From Thermotogota bacterium (GTDB lineage: Bacteria > Bipolaricaulota > Bipolaricaulia > UBA7950 > UBA9294), in the NCBI GenBank assembly GCA_039679545.1, contig JBDKUT010000133.1:1-24598 (forward strand): a stretch of DNA of 24,598 nucleotides, given 5' to 3'. The translations under genes were made by a program, and so were the position numbers. Positions 8,507 to 17,574 of this stretch are shown piece after piece. Positions within the stretch are counted from its first letter, which is position 1. Every line of letters begins with the position of its first letter. The notes beneath the pieces are model-generated. The model ran no database searches, was not told where the DNA came from, and was given only the letters and a program-made list of their open reading frames with translations.

Positions 8507-11200
8507 ATGATGCTGCGTGGACGTAGCGTACGAAAGCATGCGCTGGGAACGGTCGGGATCCTGGTTGTTCTCGGTTGCGGAGCCTTCGCCCAAGGCATCG
8601 TGCTCGAGCCGACACCGGGGAGCGTGTCGGTAGAGCCTCCCTCCCTCGTCACGTTGGGGTTTCGCATCACGAACGAGACCGCGGTCGACGAAGGCCTGCG
8701 CGCTGAAGTGACGGTCCCCACGGATTGGCGCGTCGTGGCCTCGCTTCCCTCGGTCGATCTCCCTGCGGGAGGAGCAGACGTTCTCCTCGTTCTGATCCGT
8801 GTGCCTCAGGGGACTCCGGCCGGCGAGTATCCGGTCGAGTTCCGGGTTCGCCGGACCTCGAACGGGGAGCTTCTGGCCGAGGCATCCGCCTCGGTGCACG
8901 TGGTGGAGGCGTTCGGCCTGACCGTTCGGGCGATCGATGACACAGCCAACGTTCTCGCGGGGCAGCTGGCTACGTACGAGGTCACCGTGACGAACGTGGG
9001 GAACACGACGTGCTGGTTCAGCGTGGAGGTTGCGGCGGAGTGGCCCGCGTATGCGGCGCCAAGTTCAGGGACTCTCCCCCCCAACGGTGCCGCGGCTGTG
9101 GCCGTCTTCCATGAGGTTCCCGCCGGCCTTGACGCTGGCTCGGCCGATTGGCTTCACATCACGGTGCGCGGCAGCGACGGGGCCGAGGAATCCGTCACCC
9201 TGAAGACAAGGGTGGCGCCTCCTGCGGGTCTCTCCGCTTCCTCGAACCTGTTTGAGGACGTTCCGACCACGGTCGTCTACGCGATGGAACACGATGTGCT
9301 CGACCGAACCTTGTGGACGAGCGTTTCACTATCCTCGTTTGCGCGGGTCGGCGACGGCCGGTTTCTGGCGGCGGGGACGGTCCGCTCCCTGATCCCTTCC
9401 GAGTCTCCTACCCTCACATCGGGCCTCCTCTCCTACCGAACGCCGAGTGTCTCGTTTGCGCTGGGTGACACGACGGCCTCGTGGGGAAATCTGCTTCGCC
9501 TCTCGCTGCGAGGCGCGGCCGGGAGCTACGACGGCGGATGGGTTCGAGTGTCGGGGTCGGCGGGCCTCGAGGGGGAGCAAGCCTGCGCGGGTGGGGAGCT
9601 CGCGTTCGGCCCGTCGTGGCTGTATGTCGCTTCGGCCTACATGGAGCGCCGCAGTGCCACCGAGCATGGTCAAGGATGGACTGTTCGGGCCCACGCCGCT
9701 CCGCTTCCGGGCCTGCGACTCGATCTTGACGGGGGGCTGGGCGTGGAGAACGGCTACCGAGGTCATGCGGTCTCCTTCGCCGCGGTGTATGAGGGGGCGA
9801 ACACGCGAAGCAACCTTGAGGTCTTCTCGGTGGGTCCCTGGTTCCCCGGCGTGCGGCAGGACATTGCAGGTGTCCTGGTTCGCGAGCGCGTGTGGATGCG
9901 GGAGTTCGACGGCTCGGCGTCGTTCAAGCATACCCGGGATAATGTCCTCGACCTCCCGGCGGTGACGCCGTCGTTCTGCGACCGACTGGATGTCGCGCTG
10001 GCGCTCCGCCCGACCCCTCCCGCTCCCGCCATGACACTTGGTGGGTCGTGGGAGTGGGAGCGCGACCGGAATCTTGTTGCGGAGGACGAGTCACTCATCG
10101 AGGTCTTCGGTGGTCTATCTGGCGCTTTGGGAACAATCTCGTATGCGCTGCGCGGCGGGGTTTCGGATGAGTCGAGCAACATCACCGGAAGCGACGTGCG
10201 CGACACCTCGTTCTCCGAGCGGTTTGCCATCCTCATCGAAGGAATTCGGGTCAACCTTGACCTTGCCCAGACTTCGTCGACGGACAGGGACACCGGAACA
10301 TCGCTGGGTGGAAGCGCGGTGGCGTGCGTGGGGCTTGCCGTCGATGGGGTGCCTTGCACGCTCGACCTCTCTACGAGCACGGAAGACGAGTCTTGGACGT
10401 GTGATGCGACGGTCGGAGTTCGGCTGAGCGAGGTGCTCGGCGGCTCGATGGGGGTGTCGTGGGATTGGGTTCGTGGGGATCCCGACTCGTTCGGCTTCTG
10501 CTGGACGGCGGCGTGGCGTTGGTCGTTCGACGTCCCCGTTCCGTTTCTTGTGACGCGAAGTCAGGTCGAGGGTGTTGCTTTCCTCGACACCGACGGCGAC
10601 GGAGTCCAAGACGTTGCCGAAGGGGGGCTTGCGGGAGTCTTGCTGGTGCTGGGGTCAACCGAAGCGTTGTCCGACGCCTCAGGCCGGTTCCGGTTTCCAT
10701 CCGGCCGTCCCGGGGATGAGAGTGTGGCGCTCGTCTCATTCCCTCCCGAGACGGTGCCGCTCGGGGCGTTCCCACTTGCGGTGCGACTCGTCGCGGGTCA
10801 AGTGACCCACGTCTCTCTAGCCTTTGGCATGGCCGCTGCGGTGGAGGGGAGCGTTACGCTCCGCGCGAGCGAGGAGGCGCACGAACGACCGGCGGTGGTT
10901 GGCGACGGAGCGGAGAAGGACGGACCGATCGCCGGGGCGAGTGTGATTCTTGCTGGACCCGGGGGGGAGTTCTCCCGCAAGACCGACGCTCTCGGGCGGT
11001 TCCGGTTTGACCGGCTTCCTCCGCGGGAATGGGTCCTCCGCGTCGACCCGGCTACCGTGGGGAGGTACCGGGAACTCATGAACGAGTCCGTGACGCTTTT
11101 CCTCCAGCCGGGAGAAGTCCGCTCGGTCGAGATTGACGTTGTCTCCGCCGAGCGTCCGCTGCAGCTCATCGATGGGGGCACGGTCGAGTTGGCTCCGTAG
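8507..11200 (+). CDS. Large exported protein: N-terminal Ig-like repeats, central beta-rich (barrel-like) region, C-terminal SdrD-B/carboxypeptidase-regulatory-like domains; putative usher-like
   Basis: Signal peptide, VP.GTPAGEY and VTNVGN Ig motifs, amphipathic strands, G.AFLDTDGDGVQD..E.GL.GV and TD..GRFRF..L motifs. Confidence 0.65.
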   Translation: MMLRGRSVRKHALGTVGILVVLGCGAFAQGIVLEPTPGSVSVEPPSLVTLGFRITNETAVDEGLRAEVTVPTDWRVVASLPSVDLPAGGADVLLVLIRVPQGTPAGEYPVEFRVRRTSNGELLAEASASVHVVEAFGLTVRAIDDTANVLAGQLATYEVTVTNVGNTTCWFSVEVAAEWPAYAAPSSGTLPPNGAAAVAVFHEVPAGLDAGSADWLHITVRGSDGAEESVTLKTRVAPPAGLSASSNLFEDVPTTVVYAMEHDVLDRTLWTSVSLSSFARVGDGRFLAAGTVRSLIPSESPTLTSGLLSYRTPSVSFALGDTTASWGNLLRLSLRGAAGSYDGGWVRVSGSAGLEGEQACAGGELAFGPSWLYVASAYMERRSATEHGQGWTVRAHAAPLPGLRLDLDGGLGVENGYRGHAVSFAAVYEGANTRSNLEVFSVGPWFPGVRQDIAGVLVRERVWMREFDGSASFKHTRDNVLDLPAVTPSFCDRLDVALALRPTPPAPAMTLGGSWEWERDRNLVAEDESLIEVFGGLSGALGTISYALRGGVSDESSNITGSDVRDTSFSERFAILIEGIRVNLDLAQTSSTDRDTGTSLGGSAVACVGLAVDGVPCTLDLSTSTEDESWTCDATVGVRLSEVLGGSMGVSWDWVRGDPDSFGFCWTAAWRWSFDVPVPFLVTRSQVEGVAFLDTDGDGVQDVAEGGLAGVLLVLGSTEALSDASGRFRFPSGRPGDESVALVSFPPETVPLGAFPLAVRLVAGQVTHVSLAFGMAAAVEGSVTLRASEEAHERPAVVGDGAEKDGPIAGASVILAGPGGEFSRKTDALGRFRFDRLPPREWVLRVDPATVGRYRELMNESVTLFLQPGEVRSVEIDVVSAERPLQLIDGGTVELAP

Positions 11201-11218
11201 ATGAGTCACCACGTGGCG

Positions 11219-11247
11219 TTGTTCGGCGTACACGACTCCTCTATCCT
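11219..11247 (+). promoter_or_regulatory. Possible sigma70 promoter for folE
   Basis: TTGTTC-17bp-TATCCT. Confidence 0.45.
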
Positions 11248-11264
11248 TGCGGCAGGAGGTCGGG

Positions 11265-11822
11265 ATGGATCAGAAGCGGATTGAGAAGGGCGTCCGGGAG
11301 GTGCTCGCCGGCATCGGAGAGGATCTGCTGAACTCCGACGTGCTCACGAATACCCCGCGGCGCGTGGCGGAGATGTACGCGGAGTTCTTCTCGCAGATGC
11401 GCGTCGCCCCCGCGGAGGCCCTCGGCGTGGTCTACGACGAGCCGTACGAGGAGATGATTGTGATGAAGGACATCCCGTTCTTCTCGATCTGCGAGCACCA
11501 TCTGCTTCCGTTCATGGGGACGGCCGACGTTGTCTACATCCCGCAGGGCCGGCGCATCGTCGGTGCGAGCAAGCTCGCGCGCGTCGTCGACATCGCGGCG
11601 GCCCGGCCACAGTTGCAGGAGCGACTGACGTCGCAGATTGCCGATGCCCTTGTCGAGCGCCTCGATCCGCTCGGAGTCCTCGTGCGCCTCGAAGCAACCC
11701 ATCTGTGCATGACGCTACGCGGCGTCAAGAAGACCGGCTCGACGATGGTGACCTCGGCGCTCCGCGGGAGCTTCCACAAGAACCCGGCGTCCCGGCAGGA
11801 AGCGCTCTCGCTCATTATGTAG
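11265..11822 (+). CDS. folE: GTP cyclohydrolase I
   Basis: TPRRVA, SICEHHLLPF, GASKLAR, QLQERLT, HLCMTLRG; AGGAGG SD before ATG 11265. Confidence 0.95.
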   Translation: MDQKRIEKGVREVLAGIGEDLLNSDVLTNTPRRVAEMYAEFFSQMRVAPAEALGVVYDEPYEEMIVMKDIPFFSICEHHLLPFMGTADVVYIPQGRRIVGASKLARVVDIAAARPQLQERLTSQIADALVERLDPLGVLVRLEATHLCMTLRGVKKTGSTMVTSALRGSFHKNPASRQEALSLIM

Positions 11823-11834
11823 GGCGAGACAGAC

Positions 11835-12878
11835 CTACCCGCCGAGTCGCCATGCCGCGATGCGCGGGTCGGCCGGATCGAGGGGAACGACGTCGATGAC
11901 CTTCTCGGTTCCGGATTGGAGGACCCTCAGCCGGATGGGATCGCATCCGGCGTGGTCGCTGTAGCGGGATCCCAGCGCCCCTGCGAGGACGAGATCGTCG
12001 TCGCTCGGCGCGCCCTCCACGAGGACCGTCGGTCCCATGATGTCCATCGGCTCGATGCGGACCCGATCTCCGGCGAGCCGCGCTAGGGCCATGTTCTCTC
12101 CCTCGTCGCGACCGACGATAACCTTGACGCCTTCGGAGAGGCGAAAGTGCCGGCCGACACCGAGAAGCTCGAAGTCTTCGACACCAATGGCGTCCTTTCT
12201 CGTGTGGCCAAACGCGTCGCGCACTCTCGCCGCGTAGACCTTCTCCGTGAGCAAGCAGCCGCCGGCAGGCTGCGGAAAGCCGACGACTCCAAGCCTTGCT
12301 GCGAGCGCGAGTTGGGCGTCCCGCCCGCGCCCTTGGATGGACAGGAGGTTCTCGCGGCGCAGCCAGCCCCGCTCGACCGGAAGGGTGTCGGGGAGGAGGT
12401 TCGCCGACAGCGGCCGCACAAGACGGTCTCCAAGCCCGCTCTCCTCTGCGATCTCAAGCAGCGCCTTGTAGTGCTGTGATTTCGGTCGTTGGCCGAGGAC
12501 CTCGCCGGTGATGATGAACTGTCCCCCCATCTCCTCCATGACACGCTTGGCCACCTTGAGGAGGAAGATGTGGCAGTCAACGCACGGATTCACTCCGGCG
12601 CCGTAGCCGTGCTTCGGGTAGCGCACGATGTCCAAGTGCTCGACAGTCGCGTCCGCGATCTTGAGCGGCAGACCAACGCGATCCGCAGCGGCCTGCATTC
12701 TCCCTTCTGCCTCCGCGCCGCCGCTCCAGAGGTGCCGCACGTGGAGAAGAGTGACGCCGATCCCTTCTCGGTGAACAAGGGTTGCAGCCAGAATGCTGTC
12801 GAGGCCGCCGGAGAACGCGGCAATGGCCTTGATCGCTCGATCAGCTTCGAGCCCATTTCCGTGACGGGAGTCCTTCAT
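11835..12878 (-). CDS. PP-loop ThiI-like/tRNA-modifying adenine-nucleotide alpha-hydrolase
   Basis: FSGGLDS, NPCVDCH, TGEVLGQRP, PAGGCLLT, GRHFRL; no N-terminal THUMP domain. Confidence 0.82.
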   Translation of the reverse strand: MKDSRHGNGLEADRAIKAIAAFSGGLDSILAATLVHREGIGVTLLHVRHLWSGGAEAEGRMQAAADRVGLPLKIADATVEHLDIVRYPKHGYGAGVNPCVDCHIFLLKVAKRVMEEMGGQFIITGEVLGQRPKSQHYKALLEIAEESGLGDRLVRPLSANLLPDTLPVERGWLRRENLLSIQGRGRDAQLALAARLGVVGFPQPAGGCLLTEKVYAARVRDAFGHTRKDAIGVEDFELLGVGRHFRLSEGVKVIVGRDEGENMALARLAGDRVRIEPMDIMGPTVLVEGAPSDDDLVLAGALGSRYSDHAGCDPIRLRVLQSGTEKVIDVVPLDPADPRIAAWRLGG

Positions 12879-12953
12879 AATGCGTTCACATTCCTTCCTA
12901 CAGTGAGTATGCGGTAGCCATTTTCGAACGACCAGTCATGGAGGAGGAACCCC

Positions 12954-14474
12954 ATGCGCAAAAGACTTCTTGCAGGATTGCTCGCCCTCGTCGTCGTGGG
13001 CGGTGGACTCACAGTCGCCTGGATGACGACATCCGACGTCGCCGTCGCTATCCAACCGATCGCTGCCGTCGCCGCGAACAGCGCGGCGACGACAACCGCA
13101 TTCTTGAACCAGTCGATCACCGACTCCGGGCAGGCCGCTGTGAAGGCTGCCATTGCCGCGGCAGGGCCCGCCGTCGTCCGTATCGACGTGACCGCAACGG
13201 TTACGGTCAACAACCCGTACGCGGACATGTTCGGGGACCGCTTCTTCCAGTACTTCTTCAATGCACCGCAGGACTCAACTCCCCAGGAGCGCGAAACCAA
13301 GGCCATGGGGTCGGGCGTCGTCATTGCGTACGGTGGCGAGAAGTTGATCCTGACGAACGCGCACGTCGTCGCTCAGGCGAACACGATCACCGTCACCGAT
13401 GTCTTGGGAAACGAGTGGGAGGCCGACGTCGTCGGCTCCGACCAGATGCTCGACGTTGCCGTGCTTCGGCTTCGCGGAGACACCGCCGGACTGGCCGTGG
13501 CGACACTCGGCGATTCCGATGCCATTGAGATCGGTGACTGGGCCATCGCAATCGGAAATCCGCTTGGGCTTTCCTACACTGTCACGATGGGAAACATCAG
13601 CGCCGTTGGCCGGGACATTGCGAAGCCTGAGGGGAGTGGACGCTACTACAACCTGATTCAAACCGACGCAGCCATCAACCCGGGGAACAGCGGTGGCCCG
13701 CTCGTGAACGCGCGGGGAGAAGTCATCGGACTCAACACGATCATTGCCCGGACATCCGGTGCGGGGGTCTCGATCGAAGGGATCAACTTCGCCGTCGCGA
13801 TCAACGGCGTCAAAGACGTCCTCGGGCAACTGGTGGCGTCCGGCGCCGTCACCCGCGGGTGGCTCGGCGTTGCCATTGCTGACGTGGATCCGCAGTCGAC
13901 TAAGGAGTTTGGTGTTGATCCGAGCGTTCCCGGTGCCGTTGTGGCCCAAGCCTTCCCGGGCGATCCGGCGGACAGGGCCGGGATCAAGACCGGCGACGTG
14001 ATCGTGCGCGTCGGGGATGCGCCGATCGCTTCGGCTGACGACCTGTCCAGGACCGTGGCGCTGTTGCGCGTCGGCTCGACCGTGGAGGTCGAAGTCGTAC
14101 GGTTGGGAGATCACCTCGTACTCCAGGCCACGCTGGCCGAGCGCCCGGACGAGGAAACCCTCGCGGACTACCAGGGGAACGTTCCGCAGACTGAGGCGAC
14201 GACGGCCCTCGGCCTGACAGTCGGCCCGATTACGCCGATCGTCGCTCAGCATCTGGGATTGAATTCGACAGACGGCGTGGTCATAATGGGCGTTGCCGCC
14301 GACAGCCGCGCCGGCAAGGCCGGCCTGGCCGAAGGGGACGTCGTCCTCGAGGTCAATCGTCAGCCGATTACGTCGGTCGAGGACTGGAACAAGGCCGTTG
14401 CGGAGCTGAAGCAGGGCACGAAGGTGATCCTGACCGTGCTCCGCGAAGGGCGCATCGGGTTCATCGCGCTCTAG
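12954..14474 (+). CDS. degP: HtrA/DegP-family serine protease with two PDZ domains
   Basis: GSGV, LTNAHVV, DVAVL, GNPLG, IQTDAAINPGNSGGPL, GWLGV and two PDZ-like segments. Confidence 0.93.
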   Translation: MRKRLLAGLLALVVVGGGLTVAWMTTSDVAVAIQPIAAVAANSAATTTAFLNQSITDSGQAAVKAAIAAAGPAVVRIDVTATVTVNNPYADMFGDRFFQYFFNAPQDSTPQERETKAMGSGVVIAYGGEKLILTNAHVVAQANTITVTDVLGNEWEADVVGSDQMLDVAVLRLRGDTAGLAVATLGDSDAIEIGDWAIAIGNPLGLSYTVTMGNISAVGRDIAKPEGSGRYYNLIQTDAAINPGNSGGPLVNARGEVIGLNTIIARTSGAGVSIEGINFAVAINGVKDVLGQLVASGAVTRGWLGVAIADVDPQSTKEFGVDPSVPGAVVAQAFPGDPADRAGIKTGDVIVRVGDAPIASADDLSRTVALLRVGSTVEVEVVRLGDHLVLQATLAERPDEETLADYQGNVPQTEATTALGLTVGPITPIVAQHLGLNSTDGVVIMGVAADSRAGKAGLAEGDVVLEVNRQPITSVEDWNKAVAELKQGTKVILTVLREGRIGFIAL

Positions 14475-14514
14475 GCTCGGTGAGCAGCGCAGCAGGCCAC
14501 GGACGGTGGCCGCA

Positions 14515-14589
14515 CGGAGAGTGGCGCAGTCTGGTTAGCGCGCAGCGTTCGGGACGCTGAGGCCGCCGGTTCGAATCCGGCCTCTCCGA
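14515..14589 (+). tRNA. tRNA-Pro (anticodon CGG)
   Basis: Full cloverleaf; acceptor CGGAGAG/CTCTCCG, anticodon arm CAGCG-TTCGGGA-CGCTG, GTTCGAATC; CCA not encoded. Confidence 0.95.
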
Positions 14590-14595
14590 CTTGCC

Positions 14596-14666
14596 GCGGG
14601 AGTAGCTCAATGGTAGAGCGCTGGCCTTCCAAGCCGGTGATGCGGGTTCGATCCCCGTCTCTCGCT
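14596..14666 (+). tRNA. tRNA-Gly (anticodon TCC)
   Basis: GCGGGAG/CTCTCGC acceptor, CTGGC-CTTCCAA-GCCGG, U73 discriminator. Confidence 0.95.
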
Positions 14667-14862
14667 CTGCCGGGTCCGGCGGGATTCGTCCCAGGGCCAC
14701 GGGCGCGCTAGAATCCGGTTCGCTAGTGACGACGGCAGGTTTCCGCCTGTCGATAGCATCGGAATGGAGGAGTTCGAGTAGCGAACTCCCCAGGGAACGG
14801 ATGATGAGACTGCAACTCCGCGTTCAAGCGCGGAACTGCCGAGCGGCACGAAGTGCCGCCAA

Positions 14863-14935
<73 letters not shown>

Positions 14936-14942
14936 CATCCAT

Positions 14943-15019
14943 GGGGAGCGTGGCGCAATGGCTAGCGCACTGGGTTGTGGTCCCAGGGGTTGCGGGTTCG
15001 AGCCCCGTCGCTCCTCCCA
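14943..15019 (+). tRNA. tRNA-His (anticodon GTG)
   Basis: Encoded G-1 and C73, CTGGG-TTGTGGT-CCCAG, CCA encoded. Confidence 0.95.
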
Positions 15020-15113
15020 GAGGGTGGGCATGTAGCATGATGCCCGTCTTGCCTTGGTCCGTGAACCGGGAGTTCGCGGAGCGAACTCCCTAGCTGCGTC
15101 GCAGCGCAGCCCT

Positions 15114-15187
15114 GCGCCCGTAGCTCAACTGGATAGAGCATCGGTCTTCGGAACCGGGGGTTGGGGGTTCAAGTCCCTCCGGGCGTA
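15114..15187 (+). tRNA. tRNA-Arg (anticodon TCG)
   Basis: GCGCCCG/CGGGCGT acceptor, TCGGT-CTTCGGA-ACCGG, GTTCAAGTC. Confidence 0.93.
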
Positions 15188-15644
15188 AAGCGAGCGAGGG
15201 GGCACTCTTGCCCCCTCGCTCGCTTTCTGTCTGGAGCCACCTTGGCCCTCTGGAGTTCGCGACGTCTGAGCCAGCGAACTCCCTAGCCGTCCGAAGAGTG
15301 ACCGTGCGCCTCGGACGGCCGGGGTTACAAGTCCCTCCGGGCGTAAAGCGAGCGAGGGTGCACCCTTGCCCCCTCGCTCGAATCACGTCTGAAGCCACCT
15401 TTGATCTCCTGGAGTTCGCGACGTCTGAGCCAGCGAACTCCCTAGCCGTCCGAAGAGTGACCGTGCGCCTCGGACGGCCAGGGGTCTCAAGTCCCTCCGG
15501 GCGTAAAGCGAGCGAGGATGCACCCTTGCCCCCTCGCTTTACGCCTGAAGCCACCTTGACCGCCTGAGTTCGCGCCTAGCAAGCCACGCGAACTCCTTAG
15601 CCGTCCGCAGGACGGCCGGGGTCTCAAGTCCCTCCGGGCGTAAA
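15170..15644 (+). repeat. tRNA-linked tandem repeat: three full units plus a fourth copy of the core
   Basis: Identical CAAGTCCCTCCGGGCGTAAA at 15170, 15328, 15488 and 15625 (periods 158, 160, 137); the intervening sequences are homologous. Confidence 0.95.
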
Positions 15645-15855
15645 AGAGAAGAAATTCTCCCATCCATGCGTTGTTCCCGCGACTGCTTCGAGCGCCTGGG
15701 GGTGCCTACATCCTGTCAGGAGCACGGAGCAGGGTGCTATCTGGATGACAGGAGGGTAGCCGGGCGGCGAAGCAGTGAGGTCGGGCGCAACACCGCTCGT
15801 CAGGGTTGAGACACCGACTGCAGCGTCGCGAGAGGATCCCGTCTTCGTGCCAGAA

Positions 15856-16596
15856 TCACGCGCTCGGCTTTCGCAAGTAGTAGTACGTGTGAACGCTTGG
15901 GAAGCGGTTGACTCGATCGGGATACTGAGCCATCCACTCCTTTTCCGAGCAAGCCGGCCGAGCCTCTGGGCAGAGAGTCCGCCACTCAGTTTCGGTTGTT
16001 CGCTCTCCATGTCCTCGCTGGACCTGCTCTATCCTCTCCTTGTGGAGGACCTCCCAATCGCACCGCGTCGGCCTGTTGGTCAGTGAGGATTGCGTGGCAC
16101 TCCACTTCGCCGTCTCCCGCACACATGCAGTACACACTGGGAGATCGCTCCGCTCCGTATTCAGACAGCGGTCATGGCTCGGTCGACATCACGCCGAAGA
16201 AGGCCAGACCGCTCGGTTTGAGAACTCGGCGCATCTCCGAAAGCGCCTGGGCTGTACCAGCTGGATCGAGGTGGCATAGCGAGAAGTGCTCGTAGACGTA
16301 GTCAAACGTTGCGTTGTCGTAACGGGAGCTTCCGCATGTCTGCCTTCCGGAACTTGACGGCGATCCCGTTCTCACGACAGAAGTGGCGTGCTCGTGTGAG
16401 TTGGCGGGAGTCGATGTCGATTCCGTAGGCCTCCATGCCATGCTCAGCGAACAAAGCGACAGGAGGTATGTCGCCTCCTGCACCACATTCGAGGCTTCCT
16501 CCTCTCCAGGACTTTCCCGCCATCGAGGAGCGGATCGATGACCGTCAGGAATCGGTGCACGGACGATGCCTTCGGATGAAGGACCAGCGGAGTCAT
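15856..16596 (-). pseudogene. Decayed class I SAM-dependent methyltransferase
   Basis: GGAGG SD + ATG 16596. Fragments LECGAGG / GIDID / ADMRKLP / FDYVY / EMRRVLKPSG lie in different frames, with frameshifts near 16496, 16321 and about 16060 and an in-frame TGA at 16172-16174. Confidence 0.85.
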
Positions 16597-16735
16597 CGCG
16601 TTACTCCTCCGCGCTCGAGAGTATCCGCATCTCACCCAATGTCCCTGTTGCCATCGCAGATGGGTTCTCCGCCCGCCGCAGCGCTTCCACATATTGACAT
16701 CCAGGTCGCTGGCCTGGCCAGGCTGCATTGCCACC

Positions 16736-17572
16736 CTAGACCGGGTGGGCTCCGGCCCTTGCCCGTCTCCGCTTCGGCGACGCTACGACTGACAACAGGA
16801 AGATCCCGGCGGCCACGATCGTGATCGCGGCCCCCATGGGCAGGTCGACCATGAGCGACAGGACCGCTCCACCCAGCGAGGCCGCGATACCGAAAGTAGG
16901 TGCGAGGAGAAGCGCCTTCTTGATGTCATACACCCACTGCAACGCGGCCGACGCTGGAAGGATCATCAGCGAGTAGATGAGGAGACCTCCCGTCACCCGC
17001 AGGGATGTGGCAACGACAAGCGCCACCAGGAACAGAAGAGCATAGAACGGTCCGTCCACCGGCAGCCCGCTGGCCAGCGCTAGCTTTCTATCAAGCAGAA
17101 GGGCAAAGAACGGCTTCCAGAAGACTAGCAGGACCGCGACGAACACTCCTGCAACCGCCGCAAGGACGAGGACGTGCGGCATCGTGATGCCAAGAAGGCT
17201 CCCCCACAGGAGACTGAGCGCGCCGTTGCCAATCCCGGAACTGGGAGCGAGGTTGAGGAAGACAAGGCCGAGGGCCATAGTGACGGGGAAAACCACCGCG
17301 AGAATCGTGTCCACGCTCATGCGGGATGCGTCCGCCAGGGGGCCCAAAATTGCTGCGGCGAGAAGCGCCAGGACAAGCGCCATCCAGATCGGGTCAGCCA
17401 CGCCGAGCAGGATGCCAAGCGCGGCCCCCGCGAACGCGGCGTGCGACATGGCGAAGCCGAGTGACGTCAGCTTCATTCGAATCACAAACACGCCAAGAGC
17501 GCTGGACAGGGCGCCGGCAAGGAGGCTCCCCAGGAGGGTCGGCAGGAGGATGTGCCACGGAAGTCCGAACAC
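16736..17572 (-). CDS. Metal ABC transporter permease (ZnuB/ABC-3 family)
   Basis: AMSHAAFAG, LLWGSLL, GGLLIYSLMILPA, DLPMGA; multiple TM helices. Confidence 0.92.
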   Translation of the reverse strand: MFGLPWHILLPTLLGSLLAGALSSALGVFVIRMKLTSLGFAMSHAAFAGAALGILLGVADPIWMALVLALLAAAILGPLADASRMSVDTILAVVFPVTMALGLVFLNLAPSSGIGNGALSLLWGSLLGITMPHVLVLAAVAGVFVAVLLVFWKPFFALLLDRKLALASGLPVDGPFYALLFLVALVVATSLRVTGGLLIYSLMILPASAALQWVYDIKKALLLAPTFGIAASLGGAVLSLMVDLPMGAAITIVAAGIFLLSVVASPKRRRARAGAHPV

Positions 17573-17574
17573 GA

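Noticed and set aside
15090..15567. ORFs of 154 and 119 aa across the repeats
   Set aside because: They overlap the tRNA, only reflect the repeat, and lack protein-like features.
15170..15644. CRISPR array
   Set aside because: The intervening sequences are long and homologous to each other, the core derives from a tRNA, and no cas genes are present.
16172..16174. TGA as selenocysteine or recoding
   Set aside because: It lies in a gene with several frameshifts, and the context fits Trp-to-stop decay.
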